A stretch of 64,000 nt of DNA from Nitrospiraceae bacterium (GTDB lineage Bacteria; Nitrospirota; Nitrospiria; Nitrospirales; Nitrospiraceae): assembly GCA_046351115.1 (NCBI GenBank), contig JAXLZB010000001.1, positions 2,990,570-3,054,569 of the forward strand, given 5' to 3'. This document shows, one piece after another, positions 46,500-56,000 of the stretch; the stretch's first letter is position 1, and the number at the start of each line of letters is the position of its first letter. The translations under genes and the position numbers were made by a program. The notes under the pieces are model-generated. The model had not been told where the DNA came from. It made no database searches and saw only the letters and a list, made by a program, of their open reading frames with translations.

Positions 46500-48011
46500 A
46501 TGAGTCTTGGCATGGTGGTCGGCGGAGGGATCGGGTTGGTCGCCGCTGTCCTCTTGCCTCTCCTCGGTGTCGCCTACCTCTCCTATCGCCGTGGGCGAAA
46601 CATTCCCATTCTCGTGCTGCTGGCAGGCCCGCTGGCGTTGCTGCTGGGCGGGGTCGCCATCTTCATCCACAGCGAGGCAGGTCCCGATCTCTCTCCGTTG
46701 GCTCGCTCGGCCGTCAATGTTGCGGCAGCGATGGGCGCGGCGTTTTTCCTCTTTACTATCCTCGATTTCCTGATCATCGGCGAATTCCTGATCGAGCGTG
46801 GAAACCGGTATATCCCCGACGTCGTCCGCCAAATTCTGATCGGCGTGGAGGTGGTCGCTGCGGGGGTGTTGTTCCTCTGGCTCATCATGGGCATCAACCT
46901 TGTTGCCTTGGTCGCGTTGCCCACCGTGGCGGCGGCTGTGGTTGGTGTGGCGTTGAAGGATACGTTGGCGCGATTCTTCGCCGGGATTGAACTTGGCAAG
47001 GTGGTCAAGGTCGGCGATTGGATCTCGACCATGGAGAAGGAAGGGCTGGTCACGCATATCGGTATGGAGCATGTCACGCTGAAGACGCGCGAGCAGGATA
47101 CGATCTCGCTCCCGAACGACAGCGTGATTAGTGCCGGGGTGACGAACTATAACCGACCTACGACGACGCATCTCTGCTCAGTCTATGTCGATGCGGCCTA
47201 TCGGACTCCCCCGGAAATCGTCTGCGAGACGCTGGTCGAGGCCGCGTCCGCAGCCCCGGGTGTGCTGGCCGAACCCAAGCCTTATTCAATGGTCACGAAC
47301 TTCGGCGAATCGGCTATTCAATATCGCGTCAAGTTTCCAATCTCCGATTACGCCCGCTATCCGGTCATCGAAAGCCAAGTGCGGACCTACATCTGGCATG
47401 CCTTTGCCAGACGAGGGATCGAGATTCCATTCCCGCAGCGCGTGTTGCATCAAACGTCGGAGGCGCCGAGCGATCCACTCGACAAGACCATCCACCGTAT
47501 CGTCGGCCGCCTGACGGTAATCGATTTCTTAGCTGCGCTGGATGAAAAGCAACTGGAAACTTTGGCCCGTGAGGCTCGGCTGGAAAGCTATCTGCCGGGT
47601 GAGCGGGTGGTGCGACAGGGCGACCCCGGACAAGACCTGTTTGTCATCGTATCCGGCAAGGCTGATGTGCGGCTGGAGCAGGGCGGGTTGAGTTCAGTGG
47701 TGACGACGCTGGGAGCCGGGCAGTTTTTTGGAGAAATGTCGCTCCTGACCGGTGAACCCCGGTCTGCGACGGTGGTAGCTGCTGAGACTCTGCAGGTGAT
47801 TGCGGTCGGCAAGGATGCCCTTCTTCAGGTGGTGCAACAGGATCGACGACTGGTTGAGCAAATTGGCGAGGTCGTGGCCCGTCGGCATGCCGCCACGGCT
47901 GCAGCGAAGGCACAGCTATCCAAGGAGGCCGCGGCGTTGGCCGCCTCCTCGCAAGCAAAGTCATTGGTTGAACGGATTCAGAATTTTCTCTGGGGACCGA
48001 AGAGCCATTAG
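46500..48011 (+). CDS. MscS-family mechanosensitive channel with a C-terminal cyclic-nucleotide-binding domain
   Basis: TM bundle, MscS beta-domain (VGDWISTMEKEGLVTHIGMEHVTLKT), and a cNMP-binding FFGEMSLLTGEPRSATVVA. Confidence 0.85.
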   Translation: MSLGMVVGGGIGLVAAVLLPLLGVAYLSYRRGRNIPILVLLAGPLALLLGGVAIFIHSEAGPDLSPLARSAVNVAAAMGAAFFLFTILDFLIIGEFLIERGNRYIPDVVRQILIGVEVVAAGVLFLWLIMGINLVALVALPTVAAAVVGVALKDTLARFFAGIELGKVVKVGDWISTMEKEGLVTHIGMEHVTLKTREQDTISLPNDSVISAGVTNYNRPTTTHLCSVYVDAAYRTPPEIVCETLVEAASAAPGVLAEPKPYSMVTNFGESAIQYRVKFPISDYARYPVIESQVRTYIWHAFARRGIEIPFPQRVLHQTSEAPSDPLDKTIHRIVGRLTVIDFLAALDEKQLETLAREARLESYLPGERVVRQGDPGQDLFVIVSGKADVRLEQGGLSSVVTTLGAGQFFGEMSLLTGEPRSATVVAAETLQVIAVGKDALLQVVQQDRRLVEQIGEVVARRHAATAAAKAQLSKEAAALAASSQAKSLVERIQNFLWGPKSH

Positions 48012-48463
48012 GGCACTTTGAAATCAAGGCGCATGCCGCGCTGCAATTCAAGCGCCTCCGCCCGCCCGCTGCCGAGTTCCAGGACATACAGCGCGCCGAT
48101 ATTCGGCCGGTATTGGGGGCAGCTGTCGTCTTGGTAGGTACAAATCGGGACGTTGTGCTCGATATGGACGATCTTCTTCCTGTCGTCCATCCAGATAATA
48201 TCCAGCGGGATTTTCGTGTTCTTCATCCAGAAGGTGTGGGGCTGCGCGTCTCCGAAGGTGAACAACATCCCTCGATCATCCGCCAGGTGTTCTCGAAACA
48301 TCAGACCTTTCGCCCGTTTCATGGGCGTGTCAGCCAACTCAGCCGATATCGTCGCGCCTTTGGGCGTTTTCACGGCAATGAGTGTTTCCGGCTCTTCCGC
48401 GGGGCTCAAGGAGGCCAACATTAGCGTCACTATCACGCCAAGGATCGAGAATCTGATACGCAT
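48008..48463 (-). CDS. DUF192-family exported protein
   Basis: Signal peptide. GLMFR...MLFTF...FWMKNTKIPLDIIWMD pattern. Confidence 0.75.
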   Translation of the reverse strand: MRIRFSILGVIVTLMLASLSPAEEPETLIAVKTPKGATISAELADTPMKRAKGLMFREHLADDRGMLFTFGDAQPHTFWMKNTKIPLDIIWMDDRKKIVHIEHNVPICTYQDDSCPQYRPNIGALYVLELGSGRAEALELQRGMRLDFKVP

Positions 48464-48599
48464 AGGCGCATCCTAGCGAGGCCGGTATAGGGTCGTCAAG
48501 GCAGCGGACTTCCGTGAGACCGCCGTCGGACCTTGCCTTGCATTTCGCTCAATGCGTGTGCCATCCTCATCACCCTGCGATGTCCAAGGAGGCTCCGTT

Positions 48600-48785
48600 A
48601 TGAAAGAAAAGCGCCGGGTGCTGTACAAGAAGGGCGTGTTTGTGTGCCCGAAATGCCGTCAATCCTATGTGCAGGAAAAGTGGATCGAGGAGTTTCGAAT
48701 CCGCTGCCACAAGTGCGACTACCGAGGTACGTTGACCGAGGTGTCCGTCGAAGAGCACATGGACGAGGAAACGGTTCGCTACTAG
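48600..48785 (+). CDS. Small zinc-ribbon protein (61 aa)
   Basis: aaggagg SD. CPKC...CHKC pairs. The ORF-track start is 48552. Confidence 0.5.
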   Translation: MKEKRRVLYKKGVFVCPKCRQSYVQEKWIEEFRIRCHKCDYRGTLTEVSVEEHMDEETVRY

Positions 48786-48847
48786 GGAAGACACTGTTCC
48801 CGTCGGCCATCGTGAGTTCAGCCCCGTTGCAAAGGGGCGTGCCGATC

Positions 48848-48875
48848 GCGCCTCAGTCACCTCGCACTGAGGCGC
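48848..48875 (+). terminator. Hairpin after the zinc-ribbon gene
   Basis: gcgcctcagt / actgaggcgc 10-bp stem with an 8-nt loop, then agctttc. Confidence 0.45.
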
Positions 48876-49001
48876 AGCTTTCATACCTCCTGTTGAGTTG
48901 ACTTATTCTTAGGCATTGGGCCCTGTCTGTTTCTTCCAATCGTCTCCATCCAGCCGCATCCGCGTCGGGAGCGGTTTCTAACTTTGTGAATGAGGCCTGA
49001 T

Positions 49002-49604
49002 ATGAACAAGTGGATCTCGTGCATCCTGCTGTGCATCGGCTGGTTGATGGGAGCGGCAGATCCTGGATTGGCCGATTCGCCGGAACCGGTCCTCCATGTT
49101 CTGGTAGCTTACCATTCTCTTTCCGGTCAGACGGAAAAGATGGCGGAGGCCGTTGCTCATGGAGCTCGCGGAGTCGCTCGGACCGAAGTCATTCTGAAAC
49201 GTGTGCGGCAGGTGACGGCCGAAGATCTATTCGGGGCAGATGCCATCGTCCTGGGGTCGCCGGTGTATTGGTCCAATATGGCAGGGGAGGTGAAAGCGTT
49301 CATCGACGATTGGCAATTCAAGTTCGGCGTGTTTCCCGAATTCAAGCTGAAGAATCGGGTCGGCGCGGCATTCGCTACCGGTGGACAGATCTCGAGCGGC
49401 AAGGAATTGACGATGCTCTCGATTCTCGCGGCGATGCTCGGCAACTATATGATCGTGGTGAGCGGGGGCGGTGCATTTGGGGCATCTGCTACGACGGAAG
49501 GGGACAGCCCTGGCATTGATGAGAAAGAATTGGCTGCGGCCCGTGAGCTCGGGCAACGGGTGGCCGAGGTGGCTTGGGCTGTGAAAAAAGGCTTCGGCCG
49601 GTAG
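49002..49604 (+). CDS. Flavodoxin-like fold / WrbA-type FMN protein with an N-terminal signal peptide
   Basis: MNKWISCILLCIGWLMGAADPGLA, then LVAYHSLSGQTEKMAEAVA and GSPVYWSNMAGEVKAFID. Confidence 0.75.
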   Translation: MNKWISCILLCIGWLMGAADPGLADSPEPVLHVLVAYHSLSGQTEKMAEAVAHGARGVARTEVILKRVRQVTAEDLFGADAIVLGSPVYWSNMAGEVKAFIDDWQFKFGVFPEFKLKNRVGAAFATGGQISSGKELTMLSILAAMLGNYMIVVSGGGAFGASATTEGDSPGIDEKELAAARELGQRVAEVAWAVKKGFGR

Positions 49605-49649
49605 CGCTACTGGTAGGCAGGTAACAATCGGGAACGAGCAGAGGAGAGG

Positions 49650-49853
49650 TCAGGACGCGATCTTATTTCCCAAACCGTCCAAGTGGCTCTGAGCCAGCGC
49701 GACAAGCTCGTGGATGTTCTTGGCGCAGCGACCGCAACATCCCTTGTCGCGAAGTCCGAACTCAGCGATAAGCTGGCGGGTCGTCACGCAGCCTGTTCGG
49801 CCAGCTTCCCGCACATCCGATTCAGTCAACCCTTTGCAGAGGCACACATACAT
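49650..49853 (-). CDS. bfd: Bacterioferritin-associated ferredoxin ([2Fe-2S] Bfd-like)
   Basis: 67 aa, MYVCLCKGLTE...CCGRC. ggaaggag SD. Only the 3' third of ORF 49650..50339 is credible. Confidence 0.8.
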   Translation of the reverse strand: MYVCLCKGLTESDVREAGRTGCVTTRQLIAEFGLRDKGCCGRCAKNIHELVALAQSHLDGLGNKIAS

Positions 49854-49894
49854 AATTCGTGCTCCTTCCGACCGGGTCAATTCAGCTGCATGGC

Positions 49895-49913
49895 GATTAT
49901 GAGAAGCATTCTC
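49895..49913. promoter_or_regulatory. Fur-box-like operator
   Basis: GATTATGAGAAGCATTCTC matches GATAATGATAATCATTATC at 15 of 19 positions. Lies just downstream of the bfd -10 element. Confidence 0.5.
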
Positions 49914-49923
49914 AACTGTGCAA

Positions 49924-49952
49924 AGTATACCGCCCATCCCCGGATCTGTCAA
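49924..49952 (-). promoter_or_regulatory. Candidate sigma-70 promoter of bfd (TTGACA-N17-TATACT)
   Basis: Minus-strand TTGACA at 49952..49947 and TATACT at 49929..49924. Confidence 0.5.
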
Positions 49953-50245
49953 TCGCGCATCCGTCCGCTTCCAGCCTCTTTTCTCCGCAGCGGCAGCTAG
50001 GGCCTTGAAAGGTGCATCTAATGAGCTCGTGGATTGCAAGTGATTGATTATGCATGAAAATATTCTATGTTGACCCGCAGTCGGTTGGCGGCCCTGAACC
50101 AAGGGCAGTGGAAATGCTGAAGCGACTCGAGATTTCATCCAGGAATGGTGATAGACTGCGCCTCTCCTGCACTCATTGAAATTGCAGCCTGTGGCAGAAC
50201 TGCTCTCTTGAATCTTCGATCCATATCTTCCGGAACCTGCGCTCA

Positions 50246-50755
50246 ATGGCTCGCGGCGTTTCACGGATGATGCGACCTCGTTCAACCTTCCTGATCTGGG
50301 GCTCTTTCGCTCTTGCTTGGGGACTCCTTGCTCCCGCACCGGCCTTCTCCCTCGCCACCGCCGTCACGCCATATGGTCCGGCCACGATACTCGGTTGCCA
50401 TGACGGTGACACCTGCACCATCAGTATTCCTTCCTTGCCGAGTTTGTTCGGGGAGAAATTGCCCATGCGCCTGGTGGGTATTGATACGCCGGAGATCAAC
50501 GGAGCCTGTGAATTCGAGCGTCAACTGGCAATCAGGGCTAGACAGTTTCTCCTTTCCAAGTTGCAAGGCGGAGGTCGGGTGGAAATCCAGCCAGTCGCGC
50601 GGGATAAGTATTTTCGGATTCTCGCCTTGGTATCCGTCGATGGGCAGGATCTGGCGGATGAAATGGTCTCGGCCGGACTGGCCGTCTCCTACAGCGGTGG
50701 AACGAAACGTCCCTGGTGTCCTCCTAGCAATCGCCCTTCCCATCCAGTCCCATAG
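50246..50755 (+). CDS. Exported thermonuclease (SNase-like) protein
   Basis: Signal peptide, then HDGDTCTI and MRLVGIDTPEI motifs. Confidence 0.75.
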   Translation: MARGVSRMMRPRSTFLIWGSFALAWGLLAPAPAFSLATAVTPYGPATILGCHDGDTCTISIPSLPSLFGEKLPMRLVGIDTPEINGACEFERQLAIRARQFLLSKLQGGGRVEIQPVARDKYFRILALVSVDGQDLADEMVSAGLAVSYSGGTKRPWCPPSNRPSHPVP

Positions 50756-50860
50756 AGGTCGCACCACCGCGTTCCGATCCCTTGTAGCTGCCTGTTGTTG
50801 CTGCGAGGTCAGACATACTCTGTTGAAGGCATGGCGCCTGACCGTCGCGGCTGCAATCGG

Positions 50861-51499
50861 TTAGGAGCGGGCAGAGAGAGAATTCGGTTGTGTGGGAGCG
50901 AAGGCTCGCGCCACCGAAAAGCATGTGAGCACTGCCGCTGTGTCGAGCAGTAACAGTTGCCACCCGGTTCGCCAGGACCAGACTTCGTGGTCCGACTCCT
51001 CCAAAGGAATTTCGTGGTCGACTCGGGACTCAAAGTCCTTGAAGGCTTTATCGATGGTCAAGAAAAGGGCTCGTCCATCTCCGACTTTGACATAGAGATC
51101 TACCTGGTCTCGTTGGCCGTTCTCCGCGATGGTCGTGAGGCGATTCTTGCTGGCTACGAACTCTGTGACCCTGGCGTGTAACAGCCCTATGCCTCCCTGA
51201 AGCCGTTGGTCACCCGCGGTCAGCATCATCAACCGGTCGGTAATGGAGGTCAATTGCGCTTCAGCTGACTGGAGTGGCTCCAAGAATGTTTTCTGTCCCG
51301 CCAAGAGATAGCCACGAAAACTGGTTTCTACCTCCACCACCAGGCGTTCAAGGCGGAGGATCTGCTCGATGATCAGGGCGCGCTTGAGTTGGGCGTTTGA
51401 TCGTGATTTCCACTGCCCGAACAATGTCACGTGCCCGAGCAGAAACAGTATAAGGACGGCGGTCATGGCGGGAAGAAACCAGAAAGATCGAGGATACAT
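50861..51499 (-). CDS. Stand-alone CHASE3-domain membrane protein (no output domain)
   Basis: TM helix, CHASE3-type ETSFRGYLLAGQKTFLEPLQSA, second TM helix, then stop. ATG 51499 preferred over the ORF-track start 51589. Confidence 0.7.
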   Translation of the reverse strand: MYPRSFWFLPAMTAVLILFLLGHVTLFGQWKSRSNAQLKRALIIEQILRLERLVVEVETSFRGYLLAGQKTFLEPLQSAEAQLTSITDRLMMLTAGDQRLQGGIGLLHARVTEFVASKNRLTTIAENGQRDQVDLYVKVGDGRALFLTIDKAFKDFESRVDHEIPLEESDHEVWSWRTGWQLLLLDTAAVLTCFSVARAFAPTQPNSLSARS

Positions 51500-51593
51500 G
51501 GTTGCGTCTAAGCCGGTGCGTAGAATCGGATGAATCGCATTGCGAGTCACAATATGCTGCGCGGGGCTGTGTGAACGTACCCTCAACATGGGC

Positions 51594-51625
51594 GGTGGGG
51601 GCAGAACGTTGTCTCCGCCCCCACC
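51594..51625 (-). terminator. Hairpin about 40 nt after the nxrB stop
   Basis: ggtgggggc / gcccccacc 9-bp GC stem with a 14-nt loop. No U-tract. Confidence 0.35.
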
Positions 51626-51664
51626 TGCAGGTAGGCTTGTCTCCTATCCTGCTATACCCATGTC

Positions 51665-52954
51665 TTAGAGCCAGTTGACCCGTTCTGCGGGTCGGATGTA
51701 GATCGGCTCTTCGACCTGAATGCGCGCCACTTCCTTGCCCGACTTGTTGAAGCCCAGCACGGTGTCGTTATACATGTCGAATCGCTTCCCGTGGATCTGG
51801 GTTTCGAACACTTTCGGGCCCGGAATGACGTCGTACCGGAAGATGATCTGCTGGCTGGCGCGCCACAATTGCAGCACCGCCAACAGTTCGCGGCTCGGCA
51901 CGAGATACTTCTCGATCGCATTGTCGACGCCCGGCCCGAACATCTGCCGGTTGTAGCCCCGCGGCGCGTGCCGCGGCGGAATATAGTACCCGTTGGGCTC
52001 CGTCCCCCATTGCGGGAACAGCGGCAAGGCCACCTGCTCCACGCGGATCGTGTAGTACAGGGGATGCCACCGGTCTTCCGCCCAGAGGCCGTCTTCGCCG
52101 ATGCGCACCAGGCTCTGCATGCGAATCTTGCCCACGCAGGCCGCCATACAGCGCGTTTCCATCGGCTCGCCGCCCGTCAAGGGGTCTTTGCCCTCGATGC
52201 GCGGATAGCACGCAATGCACTTTTCCGACACCCGGGTCGTGCCCCGGTACATCGGCTTCTTGAACGGGCACTGTTCCACGCACTTCTTGTACCCGCGGCA
52301 CCGGTTCTGGTCGATCAACACGATGCCGTCTTCCGGCCGCTTGTAGATCGCCTTGCGCGGGCAGGCTGCCAAGCAGCCCGGATACGTGCAGTGGTTGCAA
52401 ATGCGCTGGAGGTAGAAGAAGTACGTCTCGTGTTCCGGCAAGCTTGAGCCGGAGAGCCGCCACGGTTCGTCCCGGGAGAACCCGGATTTATCGATGTTTT
52501 CCACGAGCGCCCGCATCGAGGTCGCCGTGTCTTCATAGATGTTGACGAACCGCCACTCCTGGTCCGTCGGGATGTAGCCGATCGCCGCCTGGCCCACCTT
52601 GGCGCCCGCGTCGAAAATGGTCATCCCTTCGAACACCCCGTACGGGGCATGGTGCTTGCGGCCGACCCGCACGTTCCATACCTGGCCGCCCGGGTTCACC
52701 TGCTCGATGAGCTGGGTGATCTTCACGTCGTAGAACTGGGGATACCCGCCGTACGGCTTGGTCTCCACGTTGTTCCACCACATATACTCCTGGCCCTTGG
52801 AGAACAGCCAGGTCGACTTGTCCGCCATCGAACAGGTCTGACAGGCCAAACAGCGATTGATGTTGAACACAAAGGCAAACTGCCACTTCGGATGCCGCTC
52901 CTCGTAGGGATACAGCATCTTTCGTCCCAGGTGCCAGTTATACACTTCAGGCAT
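51665..52954 (-). CDS. nxrB: Nitrite oxidoreductase beta subunit (Nitrospira type)
   Basis: 429 aa, MPEVYNWHLGRKMLYPYEERHPKWQFAFVFNINRCLACQTCSMADK. Fe-S motifs CNHCTYPGCLAACP and CRGYKKCVEQCP. No signal peptide. Confidence 0.95.
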   Translation of the reverse strand: MPEVYNWHLGRKMLYPYEERHPKWQFAFVFNINRCLACQTCSMADKSTWLFSKGQEYMWWNNVETKPYGGYPQFYDVKITQLIEQVNPGGQVWNVRVGRKHHAPYGVFEGMTIFDAGAKVGQAAIGYIPTDQEWRFVNIYEDTATSMRALVENIDKSGFSRDEPWRLSGSSLPEHETYFFYLQRICNHCTYPGCLAACPRKAIYKRPEDGIVLIDQNRCRGYKKCVEQCPFKKPMYRGTTRVSEKCIACYPRIEGKDPLTGGEPMETRCMAACVGKIRMQSLVRIGEDGLWAEDRWHPLYYTIRVEQVALPLFPQWGTEPNGYYIPPRHAPRGYNRQMFGPGVDNAIEKYLVPSRELLAVLQLWRASQQIIFRYDVIPGPKVFETQIHGKRFDMYNDTVLGFNKSGKEVARIQVEEPIYIRPAERVNWL

Positions 52955-53025
52955 TGGAAATCCTCCTTCTCATGATCAGATGGTTGTCTGTTGTGAGCTT
53001 CCTCAAGGCTTCCATCGCTCGTCGT

Positions 53026-53059
53026 GCGTGAAGCGTGGTTTGCGATCGACGCTTCACGC
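53026..53059 (-). other. Intercistronic hairpin between nxrA and nxrB
   Basis: gcgtgaagcgt / acgcttcacgc 11-bp perfect stem with a 12-nt loop, 10 nt after the nxrA stop. Confidence 0.45.
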
Positions 53060-53068
53060 GCGCCGCCG

Positions 53069-56000
53069 TTAGACTTTGATCTTGATGTGCTCGCCTTTGA
53101 GCCACTTGATCATGAACTCGTTTTCCTGACCCGGCGTGAAGCCCGTCCGGACCGGTTCCCACGGCCCACGCGCCCCGATGCCGCCGTCTTCCGCCTTGGT
53201 GATGCGGATCAAGCATTCCTTCGGGACCGTGTTGATCGCGTGGTGGTCGACCTGATAGCCCCACTTGAACTTCCAGGCAATCGCGTGTTTGCCCGGCAGC
53301 GAGTCGGTTTGGTGCATCGGCATCAACCAGTTCCGGGTAAAGGACTGTTGGGCCCCATACCGGAAGTTGGACTGATAGCCGGTGTCCACCGCGATGGCGC
53401 GGCCGTCCGGTCGCGTCTCGTGGCCCTTCACCGACTTCGGCGTCGACACGTACGGGGCGTGCTTCGCCATCGTGACGTGGTACGGATACGCCGGGTTGTA
53501 CTTGGCGCGGATCATCAAGCGCGCGACCTTGTAGTACGGATCCGAGGGCTTCCAGCCGCGGTACGGCCGGTCCACCGGGTTGCCGTCGACATACACGTAG
53601 TCGCCGTCGTTGATGCCGCGATCCTTCGCGGCCTGCGGGTTGATGTGGATCTGGTGCTCGCCGACGCCCGGCGTCCGCTTGTCCATGCGGTAGGGATCGC
53701 CGAAGTTCGACTCGTAAATCTGCACCCAGTCGTTCACCGACCACTGGCTGTGGACCCGGTGGCGGGTCTTCGGGGTGACGCAGTAGAACTGGTACCCTTT
53801 TTCCCACAACGGGTTCGCATGCCGTTTGATTTCTCCCCACGGCAACTTGATGTTGCGCACGTGTTTGTCGTCATGGTGCTGCGCCGTGATCGGAATCCCG
53901 TAGTCGTCCGGGCGGACGTACGGGTTGCTCGTCATGATCGCGTTCGGGAGGTAGGGCGTACATTCCGGCCCTTCCCGATGGACGACGAAGTTTTCGCCGT
54001 ACTCGATCGCCTCCGGTTCGATCCGGTAGGTCTCGATCCGGCCCGACCGCGTCCACTGAGGTTTCGACTCGTTGGTTTCTTCCCAGAGCGGATGGCGCGG
54101 ATAGGTGCGGCCCATGACCATCCAGCCCTTTTCCGACTTCAACATGACGTCGGCGCTGTATCCGTAGCAGGTTGAGCTGGCGTCCAGCATCCGCTGCGGG
54201 TACACATCGACGCGGTTCATATAGACGAAATGGAACACGCCGCGGAAGCGGGCATCGCCCGTTATCTCCGTCAACTTGGATGCGACACCGGCGAATGTGT
54301 CGGCATCGTTGCGGGTGTCGTACAACGGCCGGATGCCGCCCTTCCAGATCTGCACCCACGGATTGGACACCGTGGCCGTCATTTCCGGATAGGTGAATTC
54401 CATCCAGCTGTTGCAGGCAAACGCCACATCGGCGTGGTTGACGTCGGATGTCATCTCGATGTCCTGGGTCACGATCATCTCGATGTTCGGGTCGACGTTC
54501 TTCACCATGTCGTAGTGGTGTTTCGCGTTGTTCAGGATGTTCACATTCGTGACCCACCGGACCTTGCTGGGGCTCGGCATGTGGGTCTTGCCGGTGAACA
54601 CCTTGCGTCCGTACTTCGGCGTGTTGACGATCAAGGCCGTGTCGCCGTGGTTCCAGTACCCGACCTCTTCGCCGTAGTAGTACGACTTGGTCTTGATTTC
54701 CTTGCCATGGGCATTGGGGTCCAACGTAAGGTTGAACGGATCTTCTCCCGTATGCACGGCGAGGCCGGCGCCGGACCACGGCACCGCGTTCCAGATGCCG
54801 GCTTTGTAGTTGCCGGACCAGGTGTGGCATCCGGTGCCGAACTTGCCGATATTCCCGGTCAGAGTGAGCACCATGGCTGCCGCACGCCCCATTTCCGTCA
54901 TGTGGAAGTAGTGGCAGACGCCTTCGCCGTTGTGCATCGCGGCCGGCTTGACCGTGCCCGAGTCGCGCGCCCACCGGACAATGAGATCCTTCGGCGCCCG
55001 GGTGATTTGATGCGTCGTATCCAGGTCGTAGTCCTGGAGGTGGACCAAGTACAGCTGGTAGATCGACATGACGTCGACCTCCCGACCGTTCAAGAGCTTC
55101 ACGCGGAACGTCCCGGTCAGGGCCGGGTCGATACCGCTGGCCTTGAAATGAACTCCGACCATTTCACGATGGATGGGGACCGCCTTGCCCTTGGCCAGAT
55201 CCCACACCATCATCCCGCCGAGCCGCTCGATCTGGTCCGGCTTGAGGGATTGGATGCGTCCGGAATAGCTCTTGGAAAAATCCGGCAGCTTGTAGTCCGC
55301 GATGACGTCGCGCGGATCGAGGTATTGCAGCGTATCCGTGCGGACGAGAAGCGGGAGGTCCGTGAAATCCTTGATGTAGTCGATATCCTGCATGTTCTCG
55401 TCGAGAATGATCTTGCAGGCACCGAGGAAGTGTGCGGCATCGGTTTCTGGCCGCAGCGGAATCCAATAGTCGGCCCGATAGGCCGTCGGATTGTATTCCG
55501 GCGTGATGACGACGATCCGGGCGCCGCGCTCGATCGACTCGAGTTTCCAGTGGGCTTCCGGCATCTTGTTCTCGACGAAGTTCTTCCCCCAGCTGGTGTT
55601 CAGTTTGGAGAAGCGCATGTCGTTGAGATCGATGTCGCAGTTCTGCGTGCCGTTCCACCAGGGGTGGGACGGGTCCTGGTCGCCGTGCCAGGTGTAATTC
55701 GAGTAATACTTGCCGCCTTGCGCTTTATCCGGATCAACCTTCCGGATGAATGTGTCGAGGAGAGGCAGGCATCCGCCGTTAAACCTGGTGTTCATCATCT
55801 TGCCGACGATGCCCAGCACCGGCATGCCCGCGCGATGCTTGAAGCACCGCACGCCCGCGCCCTTCATCATCTCGATCATTTCCGGGGCATAGCCCTGCTC
55901 GCGCAACCGCCTCGCACCGGACTCCCCGCTGTACCGCGTCGCGATCACGATGCAGGCCTTGGCCACATACGTAAACGCCGTGTCCCAGGAGACCCGATTC

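Noticed and set aside
50038-50072. AT-rich stretch tgattgattatgcatgaaaatattctatgttgac, considered as a second Fur box or promoter
   Set aside because: The best alignment to the 19-bp Fur consensus is poor (roughly half the positions), and there is no matching -10 at a proper distance.
49854-50339. Upstream two-thirds of the 229-aa minus-strand ORF 49650..50339
   Set aside because: Only the last 67 codons form a Bfd-like protein with its own SD. The upstream part contains the promoter and Fur-box-like elements and has no domain.
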